Assembly (NCBI GenBank): GCA_964532495.1
Contig: CAZHJZ010000003.1
Coordinates: forward strand, 3,658 to 67,657
Origin: an uncultured Candidatus Saccharibacteria bacterium
GTDB lineage: Bacteria; Patescibacteriota; Minisyncoccia; Phycocordibacterales; UBA9973
Reading direction: 5' to 3'
DNA: 64,000 nt
Part shown: piece after piece, positions 16,415 to 26,160 of the stretch
Layout: each line of letters begins with the position of its first letter
Position numbering within the stretch: position 1 is the first letter of the stretch
Notes under the pieces: generated by a model
Seen by the model: only the letters and a program-made list of their open reading frames with translations
Database searches by the model: none
Told to the model about the DNA's origin: nothing
Program-made: the position numbers and the translations under genes

Positions 16415-17800
16415 CTATTTAGCGAGCACTTTTACAAAGGTGAGTTTGCCGATCTTCAGTGTAACTGTTTCTGTAACTTCAAATGCAGCGTCAATGATCT
16501 TCTCCCCTGTTTCGAGGTTGGTGACTGCGCCGCCTTCGATCAGTCGTCGGAATTCGCTCTTAGACGGAACAATGCCATTGATAACCAAGAGATCTGACAG
16601 CGGTCCTCGTCCGCTGATCTCAGGAATATCTGTTGGGATTTCTTTCTTTTGGAATTTTGTAACAAAGTCCTCCTCCGCTGCTTTTGATGCCGCTTCGCCG
16701 TGGTATTCAGCGACGATTTGGCGAGCCAATTCCATTTTGAGATTCTTCGGGTTCACTTCGCTAGAACTGAGCTGCTGTTTTATTTCTTCTAATCGTTCGT
16801 ACGGAGTGTATGTGCAGAGTTCGAAGTAGTTCAAGATCGAAGTGTCGGGAATCGAAAGGATCTTGCCGTACATGTCAGCAGGTTCGTCTGTAATGCCCAC
16901 GTAGTTATCAAGGCTCTTGGACATTTTTTCTTTGCCGTCGGTTCCTTCGAGGAGTTTGAATGAGAGTACTGCCTGAAGCGCCTGATTGTTCATCTTCATA
17001 ACATCTCGTCCCATTAGCATGTTGAATGTCTGGTCTGTTCCCCCGACTTCCATGTCGCAGCTGCCGTAAATAGTAGCGAGGACGCTTGAGTCGATACCTT
17101 GGAGAACTGGGTACATCATTTCATGCATGTACAATTCCTGTCCGCTTTCGATACGGTCTTTGAACATGTCGCGTTCGATCAATCGAGCGTGCGTGATGCG
17201 TCGAAGTGTTCCGAGCACTCGGCTAAATGTCACGCTGTGAATGATTGAAGGCTGGTTGAGATGTGTTTTCTGCATTCGGGAATTTTCGTAGATGATGGCC
17301 TTGCCTATAAAACTGTTCGGCTCAACCGGGTACGTATTTTTCTCGCCGTCTCTCTCGAATGTCATCTCGGTTTTTGAGTCCGCGCCTGGCATGATATCAG
17401 CAACATCAACATACCAATCTGAGTTTCGAATCCATGAGAAAACGCTTGGGTCGGTAGAAAGGATTTTGCTGACCTGGGTAAGGTATGTCTGCATGTTTTT
17501 TTCAACTTCGAGCTGGTCTACTTCAGGACGAACCTTGCTCTTGCCTGTGGGATCACCGATCATGGTCGTATAATCGCCGACAAGGAAAATAACCTTGCAG
17601 CCCATTTCCTGGAATTTGCGGAGTTTGCGGAGAACGACGGCATGCCCAATATGCATATCGGGACGGGTAACGTCGACACCGAATTTAATGACTATTTTTT
17701 CTGGATTAGTAAGAAGCTTTTGCTTGAATGTTCCTTCTGGATCGATAAATCCTCCCACGCCTCGGGATAGCAATTCCTCTATATCTACTGCGTTTTTCAT
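16415..17800 (-). CDS. tyrS: tyrosine--tRNA ligase
   Basis: Class I aaRS motifs HIGH (PDMHIGHAV) and KMSKS, plus a C-terminal S4-like RNA-binding domain (LVINGIVPSKSEFRRLIEGGAV). Longer than typical because of insertions. Confidence 0.85.
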   Translation of the reverse strand: MKNAVDIEELLSRGVGGFIDPEGTFKQKLLTNPEKIVIKFGVDVTRPDMHIGHAVVLRKLRKFQEMGCKVIFLVGDYTTMIGDPTGKSKVRPEVDQLEVEKNMQTYLTQVSKILSTDPSVFSWIRNSDWYVDVADIMPGADSKTEMTFERDGEKNTYPVEPNSFIGKAIIYENSRMQKTHLNQPSIIHSVTFSRVLGTLRRITHARLIERDMFKDRIESGQELYMHEMMYPVLQGIDSSVLATIYGSCDMEVGGTDQTFNMLMGRDVMKMNNQALQAVLSFKLLEGTDGKEKMSKSLDNYVGITDEPADMYGKILSIPDTSILNYFELCTYTPYERLEEIKQQLSSSEVNPKNLKMELARQIVAEYHGEAASKAAEEDFVTKFQKKEIPTDIPEISGRGPLSDLLVINGIVPSKSEFRRLIEGGAVTNLETGEKIIDAAFEVTETVTLKIGKLTFVKVLAK

Positions 17801-18027
17801 ACGACAACTTTAGCATAAAAGGCCTATTTTGTCTTTTCGAGTAGCAGCAGTAAGAAAATTACTCCTCGAGCGTCTTTATTAATAAGCGGCGCGCCTACCT
17901 TCTTGATTCGATCCGGAACCTGAGCCGCGGCATTTGTGTTTGCAAGAATACAAGAGACGGATTTGGGTTCCGGATCGAGCACGGAAAAACACGATTTACT
18001 CCTTACGCATGTGGTATGATTAAAACC

Positions 18028-20559
18028 ATGTTACTCAAGCAAAAACCAGCACAAAAACACCATAGAAAAACCATTATCCGAAATTTATTAATCGGCGCAC
18101 TTTCACTGTTCCTTTTAAGCGGAGGAATACTGATCATCTGGCTTGCAACCCTGCAAGTTCCCGATCTTCGCTCCTTTGAACAGCGCTCTATCCCAAAATC
18201 AACTCAGATATACGACCGCACTGGCAAAATCCTGCTCTATGATTTCCATGGAGACATCAAGCGAACTGAAATTCCTTCAAGCGAAATGTCGAGTTATGTC
18301 AAAAACGCCACCGTCGCTATTGAAGATGCTCAGTTTTATACCAACAAAGGATTCCGTCCGCTTTCATTTATCCGCGCGGCGTTGGTAAACATTACAACCG
18401 GTTCATACACTCAGGGAGGATCGACGATCACCCAACAGGTTGTGAAGAACGCAATTCTTACTCAAGAAAAGACCATCATCCGAAAACTCAAAGAAATCGT
18501 TCTCGCCCTCAAAGTTGACCGTTCTCTTCCAAAAGACCAGATTCTTCAGATCTATTTGAACGAAGCTCCGTATGGTGGAACTATTTATGGCGTTGAAGAA
18601 GCTGCTCAAACATACCTCGGCAAAAAGGCAGCAGACCTTACTCTTGCAGAATCTGCCTACCTTGCCGCTATTCCCCAGTCTCCAAGCCGATACAATCCAT
18701 TTGGAACACACCTTGATCTCCTTGAGGCTCGCAAGAACCTTGTCCTTACCCGCATGAAAGAACTCGGCTTTATTACTGAAGCTGAATACAATGCAGCTAA
18801 AGCAGAAGTCGTTGTGTGGAGCACTCAGAACGCTGGCGGCATCAAAGCTCCGCACTTTGTATTCTTCGTAAAAGACTATTTGGAAAACAAATATGGCGAA
18901 GAGATTCTCAATACAGGACTTAAAGTTATCACTACGCTTGATTACAGCATGCAGCAAACCGGAGAAGAAATCACACTTCGCCGCGCACTTGCTAACAAGG
19001 TTAACAATGCTTCAAACCAGGCAATGGTAGGAATCGATCCTCGCAACGGCCAGATACTTATGATGGTTGGATCACGAAACTTTTTCGACAAAGAAATTCC
19101 TGGCCAATTTAATATCGTTACGGCAAAACGCCAGCCGGGTTCATCATTTAAACCGTTTGTATACGCTCTCGCTTTCAACAAGGGATACACTCCTGAAACG
19201 GTTCTCTTTGATGTTCCGACGCAGTTCAACACTGGCTGTTCACCTACAGCTGGCACCAACAATGCAACTGGCTGTTACGCTCCGCAAAACTATGACGGTA
19301 TTTTCCGCGGACCTATCAGTATTCGTTCCGCCCTTGGACAATCTATCAACGTTCCTGCAGTCAAAACGCTTTACCTCGTCGGTATTCAAAATGCCATCAA
19401 GCTTGCAAACGACATGGGTATCACCACGCTCAAAAATGCTTCTGATTATGGTTTGACGCTTGTGCTCGGAGGCGGGGAGGTTCGCCTGCTTGATATGACT
19501 TCGGCATACGGAGTATTTGCTACTGGTGGTATCAGACACGATCCGACACCGATTATTTCTATCTCTGATTCAAAAGGAAATATTATTGAACAATCCAATC
19601 CTGACGATGCGGGAACTGAAGTGCTCCCAAAACAAACCGCATTGCAGATCAGCAGCATCCTTTCCGACAATATCGCCCGCCAGCCGGAATTTTCCGCTCA
19701 CTCGGCGCTTGTTGTCGACAATCACGATGTAGCTGTAAAAACTGGTACTACAAACAACTTCAAAGATGCTTGGATCATTGGATACACGCCGTCACTGGTA
19801 GTAGGTGCGTGGGCCGGAAACAACGACAATACGCCTATGGTTAAAAAGATTTCTGCCCTCTTGGTCGCTCCAACGTGGAATGAATTCATGACTACGATTC
19901 TCAAGAATGTTCCGAACGAACCGTTTGAGCAGCCGGCTATTGATCCAAATTATGATTCACTTAAGCCTGTAATCCGCGGATCATGGCAGGGTGGCGACAG
20001 CTACTTCATAGACACTATTACTGGAAAGCTTGCGACAGCAGAAACTCCAGAGCAGACAAAGAAAGAAATTATCAGTCCGAATGTTCACGACATCTTGTAC
20101 TGGGTAAATAAAAATGATCCAAGCGGACCAATACCTACAAACCCAGCAAATGATCCTCAGTTTAGAAACTGGGAAACAGCTGTTCAGAACTGGTGGGCAA
20201 CGCATGCCGGAAACTACCCAATCGCTCCAGCTGGTGCAAAACCAACGGAATATGACAATATACATGTTGCGGCAAATAAGCCGCGTATAACGATCCTGAG
20301 CCCTCAGAACGGCACTACAGTAAACAAAGCTGCTCCGCTTACTGTTTCAATTTCCGCTGTTGGTCCGTATCAGATTACCAAGCTCGATGTGTTTATGAAT
20401 AACACGTATGTAGGTTCTCAAACAAATGGAACCACGAGCTATACATTCATCCCCGACTCGACCGGAAATGTAAAAACAGTCAATGAGCTTCGAGTCATTG
20501 CGTACGACACGGTATTCAATTCAGGAGAAGCGACAATAACCTTTAATTCAACACCTTAG
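18028..20559 (+). CDS. mrcA: class A penicillin-binding protein (PBP1A-type glycosyltransferase/transpeptidase) with C-terminal Ig-like extension
   Basis: N-terminal TM segment; GT51 motifs (EDAQFY, QGGSTITQQ, AESAYLAAIPQSPSRYNPF); transpeptidase SxxK (GSSFKPF), SxN and KTGTT motifs. The track ORF starts at 18016. The ATG at 18028 sits 7 nt after an extended -10 TGGTATGAT, so it is the favoured leaderless start. Confidence 0.88.
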   Translation: MLLKQKPAQKHHRKTIIRNLLIGALSLFLLSGGILIIWLATLQVPDLRSFEQRSIPKSTQIYDRTGKILLYDFHGDIKRTEIPSSEMSSYVKNATVAIEDAQFYTNKGFRPLSFIRAALVNITTGSYTQGGSTITQQVVKNAILTQEKTIIRKLKEIVLALKVDRSLPKDQILQIYLNEAPYGGTIYGVEEAAQTYLGKKAADLTLAESAYLAAIPQSPSRYNPFGTHLDLLEARKNLVLTRMKELGFITEAEYNAAKAEVVVWSTQNAGGIKAPHFVFFVKDYLENKYGEEILNTGLKVITTLDYSMQQTGEEITLRRALANKVNNASNQAMVGIDPRNGQILMMVGSRNFFDKEIPGQFNIVTAKRQPGSSFKPFVYALAFNKGYTPETVLFDVPTQFNTGCSPTAGTNNATGCYAPQNYDGIFRGPISIRSALGQSINVPAVKTLYLVGIQNAIKLANDMGITTLKNASDYGLTLVLGGGEVRLLDMTSAYGVFATGGIRHDPTPIISISDSKGNIIEQSNPDDAGTEVLPKQTALQISSILSDNIARQPEFSAHSALVVDNHDVAVKTGTTNNFKDAWIIGYTPSLVVGAWAGNNDNTPMVKKISALLVAPTWNEFMTTILKNVPNEPFEQPAIDPNYDSLKPVIRGSWQGGDSYFIDTITGKLATAETPEQTKKEIISPNVHDILYWVNKNDPSGPIPTNPANDPQFRNWETAVQNWWATHAGNYPIAPAGAKPTEYDNIHVAANKPRITILSPQNGTTVNKAAPLTVSISAVGPYQITKLDVFMNNTYVGSQTNGTTSYTFIPDSTGNVKTVNELRVIAYDTVFNSGEATITFNSTP

Positions 20560-20816
20560 CGAATTTCTAAAACAATAAGACTTGTTTCTGAAGCGATCCT
20601 TTTCTGGATCGCTTCTTTTTTTAGAAACAGCTCGCTTCGCTTGATCGGATTTAATTTAAGAGTGAGTATATTCTTTTTATATACAATATCATTCTCGGTC
20701 AGTCGTATCTTTGTTTCTTCAAAAATAATAGTAGTCAGTGCTGCTCGTTCAGACAAATGCTTTTGCAGTCGAGCTCGCAGGTCGCCAAACATGTTGCCGA
20801 TGTGCTCGTTTTCCAT
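20556..20816 (-). CDS. small conserved protein downstream of dnaN, possibly DUF721/DciA-like
   Basis: 86-aa ORF immediately following dnaN, with a central hydrophobic/charged pattern (ALTTIIFEETKIRLTENDIVYKKNILTLKLNPIKRSELFLKKEAIQKRI). Synteny (dnaA-dnaN-this gene) supports the call; sequence similarity is only weak. Confidence 0.4.
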   Translation of the reverse strand: MENEHIGNMFGDLRARLQKHLSERAALTTIIFEETKIRLTENDIVYKKNILTLKLNPIKRSELFLKKEAIQKRIASETSLIVLEIR

Positions 20817-20820
20817 ATGA

Positions 20821-21918
20821 CTATCTGTTCATTGGCATAATAAGATACGTAAACGTAGTATCACCAACGCCTTTTACGAGAAGAGGTCGGTTTGAAGAAG
20901 TGCCTTCAAACATAATGCTGTCAGTAGGAATAGCGTTCAAACAATCAAGAAGGTATCGGTAGTTAATCACAACCGTGATTGGTTCCCCAGAAAGCGCAGC
21001 ATCGAGCGTTGCTTCGTTTTCTCCAACGTCACTGTTCTTTGCCGTAAGAACACAGCTCTTGTTTGCTGGATCAATAGCAATCGTTATCTGATTGAACTTA
21101 TCACTAAAAAGGGTGCTGGTCTTTACCGCGTTCATAAGATCGGATTTAAGAATAACCATTTCGCTCGTCTTTTCCTTTGGAAAGATTTTACGGTAATCAG
21201 GAAATACTCCATCAACAACGCGTGAAGTAATATAGTAACCATCAAAAGAAATAGAAAGGAGGTTTTTTGTTATGCAAAAAGAGAGTTCATTTGAAAGTCC
21301 GGAAATAAGACGCATAAGCTCAACTACGTTTTTGTAGGGCACGAGAATTGGCTGAAATCCATATAATCCTTTTATCTTTACTTTCTTTTCTGCGAGTCGG
21401 AATGAATCCGTAGCAACAAACGTAAGGTTGTCTTCTTCTGGGTAGATATAAATGCTGCCGATCTCTGGTTTGATGTCTGTCTGTGCTGCTGAGTAATACA
21501 CCGATTCAAGTCCATCAAGAAACGCGCTCGCTGAAATCTTTATTTTTTCTCCTTCAACTGTGGGGATGGTAGGAAAGTCTTCGTATGGAAATGTCTTAAT
21601 CTGAATTTTTGCCTGCTTGGTTTTTACCAATAGTGTTTCTCCAACTTGTTCAAGGGTTACTTCTTCATTTATCTTGCTATTAGAAAAGAATCCAGAAAGA
21701 ATAGCACCCGAAACCGCGACAACTCCTTCCTTCTCTACCTTTGCAGGTATTTCTATTTCAATACCGAGACTAAGGTTGGTTGCTCGAAGCTTCAACGATG
21801 ATCCTGATGCAATACAAAGAACAGATGAAAGAATCGGTAATGTAAGATTTTTACCGGTTACGCGTTCTGCGTGTATAAGTGCGTTCTTAACTTTTTCACT
21901 GGAGCAATGTATTTTCAT
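20821..21918 (-). CDS. dnaN: DNA polymerase III beta sliding clamp
   Basis: Three-domain beta-clamp pattern with N-terminus MKIHCSSEKVKNALIHAERVTGKNLTLPILSSVL, in canonical position after dnaA. Confidence 0.9.
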   Translation of the reverse strand: MKIHCSSEKVKNALIHAERVTGKNLTLPILSSVLCIASGSSLKLRATNLSLGIEIEIPAKVEKEGVVAVSGAILSGFFSNSKINEEVTLEQVGETLLVKTKQAKIQIKTFPYEDFPTIPTVEGEKIKISASAFLDGLESVYYSAAQTDIKPEIGSIYIYPEEDNLTFVATDSFRLAEKKVKIKGLYGFQPILVPYKNVVELMRLISGLSNELSFCITKNLLSISFDGYYITSRVVDGVFPDYRKIFPKEKTSEMVILKSDLMNAVKTSTLFSDKFNQITIAIDPANKSCVLTAKNSDVGENEATLDAALSGEPITVVINYRYLLDCLNAIPTDSIMFEGTSSNRPLLVKGVGDTTFTYLIMPMNR

Positions 21919-22127
21919 ATATATAAACTATTACTACTATTATACCTGTGGATTAGTGGATAACTTTTTCTAGGATTATTTTATAAGGGTATTTTATTCT
22001 TTTTACGTTTACTGAATTGTGTAGAACTTTTTGGAAAACATTTTAGTGTTCATATCTTATTTTTTTATCCACATCGATTTATTTTTTACACACAGCTATC
22101 AGATCTTTTATCCCAAGGATTTCCACA
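21919..22127. promoter_or_regulatory. AT-rich dnaA-dnaN intergenic region with DnaA boxes (candidate oriC / DNA-unwinding element)
   Basis: Perfect DnaA box TTATCCACA at ~22066-22074; GTGGATAAC (reverse box) at ~21953-21961; near-boxes tgtggatta and tttccacac. Long AT-rich runs in between. Confidence 0.6.
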
Positions 22128-23489
22128 CTATTTGAACATGATACGGAGCTGCTCTACTTCACTTACCAATACTGGATCGGTCTTCATATCATTTTTAATC
22201 TTGTCGCATGAGTGTATAACTGTCGTATGGTCCTTGCCGCCGAGTTTTTGTCCGATCAGTGGATATGAAACATTAAACTCTTCTCGGAGGATGTACATAA
22301 CCATTTGTCGCGCCTTCACGATCTCCTTGCGGCGTGTCTTCTCATAGATTGAATTCTCTTCAACGCTATAGAAGTCAGCAACAATCTTCACAACTTCCTT
22401 CGAAGAGATGTTTTTCTTTGGTTTAACGCTGTTTTTTATGAGGTTTTTGACTTCTGCAAGAGTGAGGGCGCGATTTCGAACCTGAGTTTGGATGACCAGC
22501 GTGTTTAGGTTTCCTTCAAGTTCTCGGATATTGCTCTCTACTGAAGCAGCAATGTATTCAAGAACGCCTTCCTCTACTGGAATCCCCCGCTCTTTGATCT
22601 TGGAGCGAAGCACAGCTACTCGTGATTCGTAATCTGGCTCAATAACATCAACGATCATTCCCTGTGAGAAACGAGAACGCAAGCGGTCTTCGAGTCCAGG
22701 AATAAAGTTTGGGTGCTTATCAGATGAAAATACGATCTGCTTGTTTGCTTCATAGAGAGTGTTGAACAAATGGAACAGTTCTTCCTGGCTTTTCTCCATT
22801 TTTCCAATGAATTGGATATCGTCCATGATAAGTACGTCGTATTTTCGGTACTTTTCTTTGAACACATGCGGCTTGTTGTTCTGAACAGAGCTGATGTAGT
22901 CCATAGCAAACTTTTCAAGAGTGATGTAGTGTACGCGCTTTTCTGGGTACTTAGCTTTTACTGCGTTTCCGAGAGACTGGATCAAGTGAGTTTTACCAAG
23001 ACCAGTGTTTCCGTACACAAAGAAAGGGTTGTATGCGCGTCCGGGCTTGCTAATAATGGCCTGTGAGGCTGCGTACGCGAGCTCATTGAATGGGCCAACG
23101 ATAAATGAGTCGAAGGTGTACTTCGGATTGAGGTTGTCATCGCGGTTGATGGGTGTTTCTACAAGAGGAAGCTCTTGAGGAGCGTCGGTTTTTGGCAAAG
23201 CAGCGTTTTCAGCCTGCTTCGCAACGCGCATTTCCGCTTTCATAATAGTGTATTCCACTGCGCGAATATGCTCAGCGACACTCATGAGAGATTTCAAAAT
23301 AAGCTTGTGGTATTTTTGGATCAGCCAGTCTTTGACGAATTCATTCGGTACGCCAACGAACACAACACCCTCTTCTTCTCGAATGACGGCCGTGTTTTTG
23401 AACCAAGTATTAAAATTTGCTTTTGAAACTTCTACTTCGATATCTTTCAAGCATCGAGCCCATAATTCGCGGGTGTCGGTTATTTCCAT
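22128..23489 (-). CDS. dnaA: chromosomal replication initiator DnaA
   Basis: AAA+ Walker A GNTGLGKTHL, DDIQF, sensor motifs, and a C-terminal DNA-binding domain (VSYPLIGQKLGGKDHTTVIHSCDKI). Confidence 0.95.
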   Translation of the reverse strand: MEITDTRELWARCLKDIEVEVSKANFNTWFKNTAVIREEEGVVFVGVPNEFVKDWLIQKYHKLILKSLMSVAEHIRAVEYTIMKAEMRVAKQAENAALPKTDAPQELPLVETPINRDDNLNPKYTFDSFIVGPFNELAYAASQAIISKPGRAYNPFFVYGNTGLGKTHLIQSLGNAVKAKYPEKRVHYITLEKFAMDYISSVQNNKPHVFKEKYRKYDVLIMDDIQFIGKMEKSQEELFHLFNTLYEANKQIVFSSDKHPNFIPGLEDRLRSRFSQGMIVDVIEPDYESRVAVLRSKIKERGIPVEEGVLEYIAASVESNIRELEGNLNTLVIQTQVRNRALTLAEVKNLIKNSVKPKKNISSKEVVKIVADFYSVEENSIYEKTRRKEIVKARQMVMYILREEFNVSYPLIGQKLGGKDHTTVIHSCDKIKNDMKTDPVLVSEVEQLRIMFK

Positions 23490-23499
23490 AGACGCTATT

Positions 23500-23575
23500 A
23501 TAGTACGGACCGAGTAATCCCGGTACTTTACACAACCTGTGTATATTGTGGGGAAAAGGTGGATAACTATTCCAC
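23500..23575. promoter_or_regulatory. dnaA upstream region: DnaA boxes plus TATAAT 7 nt before the dnaA ATG
   Basis: ggtGGATAAc (= TTATCCACC on the other strand) and ttccacagg at ~23550-23570. Minus strand reads ccgtacTATAATagcgtctATG. Confidence 0.5.
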
Positions 23576-23806
23576 AGGGTCAAAATGATTTTTCTGCCAA
23601 GGATGACATCGGAGGATTCTTTTGAAACCTAACCACGAACCTTTTGCCGCCCCGTATTTTGTGACAGCATCTTTTGCATACTCAGAACAGGTGGGAATAA
23701 AACCACAGTTCCCTCCCCGGGTGAGTCCAAGCTTCTTGGGAAGACCTTGATCGGGCGAAAGGTACTTTTGATAGAAGTTTATTAAGCCTATAAGTATATA
23801 TTTCAT
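23567..23806 (-). CDS. yidD: membrane protein insertion efficiency factor YidD
   Basis: 79 aa with a YidD-like (DUF37) Cys pattern, CGF...PTCSEYA. Overlaps the rnpA stop by 4 nt, the canonical rnpA-yidD arrangement. Confidence 0.8.
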   Translation of the reverse strand: MKYILIGLINFYQKYLSPDQGLPKKLGLTRGGNCGFIPTCSEYAKDAVTKYGAAKGSWLGFKRILRCHPWQKNHFDPVE

Positions 23807-24135
23807 TTTATTCTAGTGAAAAAGGCCTCAAGAGACTGCATTCTCTCTTGAGGCATAGCTAAAATTCCTTCTTTTTTGATTACGAAAGCATAGATACCGG
23901 GCATAAGAGCCTTATTTTTCAAGGCTTGTCTGAGGGAGGCATACCACTTGCGGCGGATGGAATTGCGCAAAACTGCTGATTTTGCAATGGTTTTTGGGGC
24001 AATAACGGCAAAACGAGAGCTTGTTTCGTCAGTTTTTATATGGCGAACAACAAAAAAAGGCGTTCCGGTCGGCTTACCGCCCTTCCATAGTTGGGTGATA
24101 TCTGCGCCAGAAAGCCTTTTTTGTTTTGAAAGCAT
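23803..24135 (-). CDS. rnpA: ribonuclease P protein component
   Basis: 110 aa, basic; RnpA RNR-like motif (NSIRRKWYASLRQAL). Immediately downstream of rpmH. Confidence 0.8.
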   Translation of the reverse strand: MLSKQKRLSGADITQLWKGGKPTGTPFFVVRHIKTDETSSRFAVIAPKTIAKSAVLRNSIRRKWYASLRQALKNKALMPGIYAFVIKKEGILAMPQERMQSLEAFFTRIK

Positions 24136-24147
24136 GAAGTTAGGGGG

Positions 24148-24282
24148 TTAGACGCTAAGTTTTGCTCGGCCTTTTCGGCGGCGGCGCTGGATGACCTTCT
24201 TGCCTGCAGTTGTACCTGTACGGACAAGAAAACCGTGTGTCGTTGCGCGCTTTTTCTTTTTTGGATTGTACGTAAATGACAT
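24148..24282 (-). CDS. rpmH: 50S ribosomal protein L34
   Basis: Manual reverse translation gives MSFTYNPKKKKRATTHGFLVRTGTTAGKKVIQRRRRKGRAKLSV, a 44-aa L34. Too short for the track ORF list. Coordinates +/-2. Confidence 0.85.
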   Translation of the reverse strand: MSFTYNPKKKKRATTHGFLVRTGTTAGKKVIQRRRRKGRAKLSV

Positions 24283-24383
24283 GGGAAGCATAATAGAACA
24301 TTTTTTGAGAAATTGCAACCCCTTAGTCGAGATGACACAAAAGAAGGATATATATTATTGACAAAGACCATAATTGTGTTATG

Positions 24384-24413
24384 ATGTAATCAATCAATAA
24401 CCTAAAATTTTAA
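24384..24413 (+). promoter_or_regulatory. promoter TATTGACAA-N16-TGtTATGAT for the 24422 gene
   Basis: atatatTATTGACAaagaccataattgTGtTATGATgt: consensus -35 and extended -10. Confidence 0.5.
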
Positions 24414-24421
24414 GACCAATT

Positions 24422-25321
24422 ATGAAACCAAAAGCGATCTCTCTATTCGCTGCACTTTTGTTTGCAGTATCTGTATGCGGCCAGTCGATGTATCAACATA
24501 CTATCGACACTGCCATCTTCTCTCACCTCTTCTCTGTACTCGACCAGCACCATGGCGAGTGGAGAGGCATTACAATGTTTAAGCCTGATAAATATGTAGG
24601 CCAGCCGGTTTCATTAACCGAACATGTAATTCTTCCCCAATACGGCACATTTAGTGAAGAAGCAGTGTGTTCGCCGGTAGTAGAAAAGAAAATCTTCCTA
24701 TACCAGAAAGGCGATAGCATATTAGCAACCGTTGGCACTACTTCATTCTTCAATGACTCAGCGCCAGCGCTTTACTCGTCGTCTGTGCTTTTTGTAAAAG
24801 GCCGGATTACGCTTATAACGACATGGACAACCGGCTTCCCCTTCTATAGTACAGACTGGCGTATGCACCAATGGAGCCAAGCTTCATTTACTACAAAGAC
24901 AGTGCGTAAAACCACGTTTGAACTTAAAAATAGCTTACCCAACAGTTATCAACACGAAGCGGTAAAGGCAATTGAGGCAAATATCAATATTGCCCTTTCA
25001 GCACCGCTCGATAGCTCAGAAACAGTAAGTAAGCGCTTATACGCTATATTAGATCAGGAATATGCCAAAAAAGTACCCATGCCGATTGATCCTGATGATA
25101 TAACGATTACAAGAGGGTTGCCTTTGGATTTTATCCAATTAAAAATCGACGGCCTGCACAAAACGTGGACTATGGTTCACGAAATACTGCTAAAAGAGCC
25201 ATTTTTAAAAGGAGAGAATTTTGGGTTATATAGCAACCCTGAATTTGATAAGGATAGAGATAACCTGAAAACGGAAATCACTAACCGCGAGGAAAAAATT
25301 GCCAAACTAGCCTTATTTTAA
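24422..25321 (+). CDS. secreted hypothetical protein (signal peptide, 299 aa)
   Basis: N-terminus MKPKAISLFAALLFAVSVCGQS. No recognisable domain. Confidence 0.55.
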   Translation: MKPKAISLFAALLFAVSVCGQSMYQHTIDTAIFSHLFSVLDQHHGEWRGITMFKPDKYVGQPVSLTEHVILPQYGTFSEEAVCSPVVEKKIFLYQKGDSILATVGTTSFFNDSAPALYSSSVLFVKGRITLITTWTTGFPFYSTDWRMHQWSQASFTTKTVRKTTFELKNSLPNSYQHEAVKAIEANINIALSAPLDSSETVSKRLYAILDQEYAKKVPMPIDPDDITITRGLPLDFIQLKIDGLHKTWTMVHEILLKEPFLKGENFGLYSNPEFDKDRDNLKTEITNREEKIAKLALF

Positions 25322-25426
25322 AGGCTTTACTACTAACCATGTTTCTAGTAGCGTCTGTACCAACAGGCGCTATTTTTTTATATCAAATTCCTTTGAAAAC
25401 CACCCTATTTCAGGTACAATGGCGGG

Positions 25427-26149
25427 ATGCAATACATATGGAACACATTTCTCTATCAGCCACTCTATAACCTCCTTATATTGATAACTAACATCATGCC
25501 TGGCAAGGACGTAGGTTTGGCTATCATTCTCCTTACTATATTGGTAAAGCTCGTTCTTTACCCACTTACAAAGAAATCTATCGAAAGCCAGACTGCTATG
25601 GCTCGCATGCAGCCAGAGCTTGATCGAATCAAGCGAGAGCACCCAGACAAGCAGGAACAGGCAAAGCACACGATGGCGCTCTACAAAGAGCAGAAGACAA
25701 GCCCGTTTTCTGGATGCTTGGTTATGCTTATCCAGCTTCCGATCATCTTTGCTTTGTATTATGTTTTCCTCCACGGCTTCTCAGATACATCGCTCCTCTA
25801 CTCTTTTGTAGGCAACCCGGGTACTCTCAATACTAACTTCTTGGGATTCCTAGATATCACCAAGCCGCACATCGTTCTTGCGATTCTCGCCGGTCTCTCG
25901 CAGTTCATGCAGATGAAGATCTCATTTAGCGGTACGCCGAAGTCGGCAGCCCCATCAGATGGAAAGCCAGATATGACAAAAATGATGCAGACACAGATGC
26001 AATATGTCCTTCCCCTCCTTATCATATATATCGGTACCAGACTTTCAGGGGCAGTTGCACTTTACTGGATTACCAGTAATATAGTTGGAGCAGTGCAGGA
26101 ATATCTGATCCGACGAAAACTCGGCCCGATCCATCTTTCACTCTTCTAA
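25427..26149 (+). CDS. yidC: membrane protein insertase YidC/Oxa1 (short Gram-positive-type)
   Basis: WNTFLYQPLYNLL..., conserved charged TM1, ...ALYWITSNIVGAVQEYLI C-terminal region; 5 predicted TM helices. Confidence 0.85.
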   Translation: MQYIWNTFLYQPLYNLLILITNIMPGKDVGLAIILLTILVKLVLYPLTKKSIESQTAMARMQPELDRIKREHPDKQEQAKHTMALYKEQKTSPFSGCLVMLIQLPIIFALYYVFLHGFSDTSLLYSFVGNPGTLNTNFLGFLDITKPHIVLAILAGLSQFMQMKISFSGTPKSAAPSDGKPDMTKMMQTQMQYVLPLLIIYIGTRLSGAVALYWITSNIVGAVQEYLIRRKLGPIHLSLF

Positions 26150-26160
26150 TACATACCATT

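Noticed and set aside
17801-18015. T-box riboswitch upstream of tyrS
   Set aside because: The conserved T-box sequence (AATTAGGGTGGNACCGCG) and specifier-loop architecture were searched for by eye on the minus strand and not found. The long inverted repeat there is reported separately as an unexplained element.
25370-25774. 134-aa minus-strand ORF overlapping the yidC start
   Set aside because: It overlaps the well-supported yidC on the opposite strand. No independent signal supports it.
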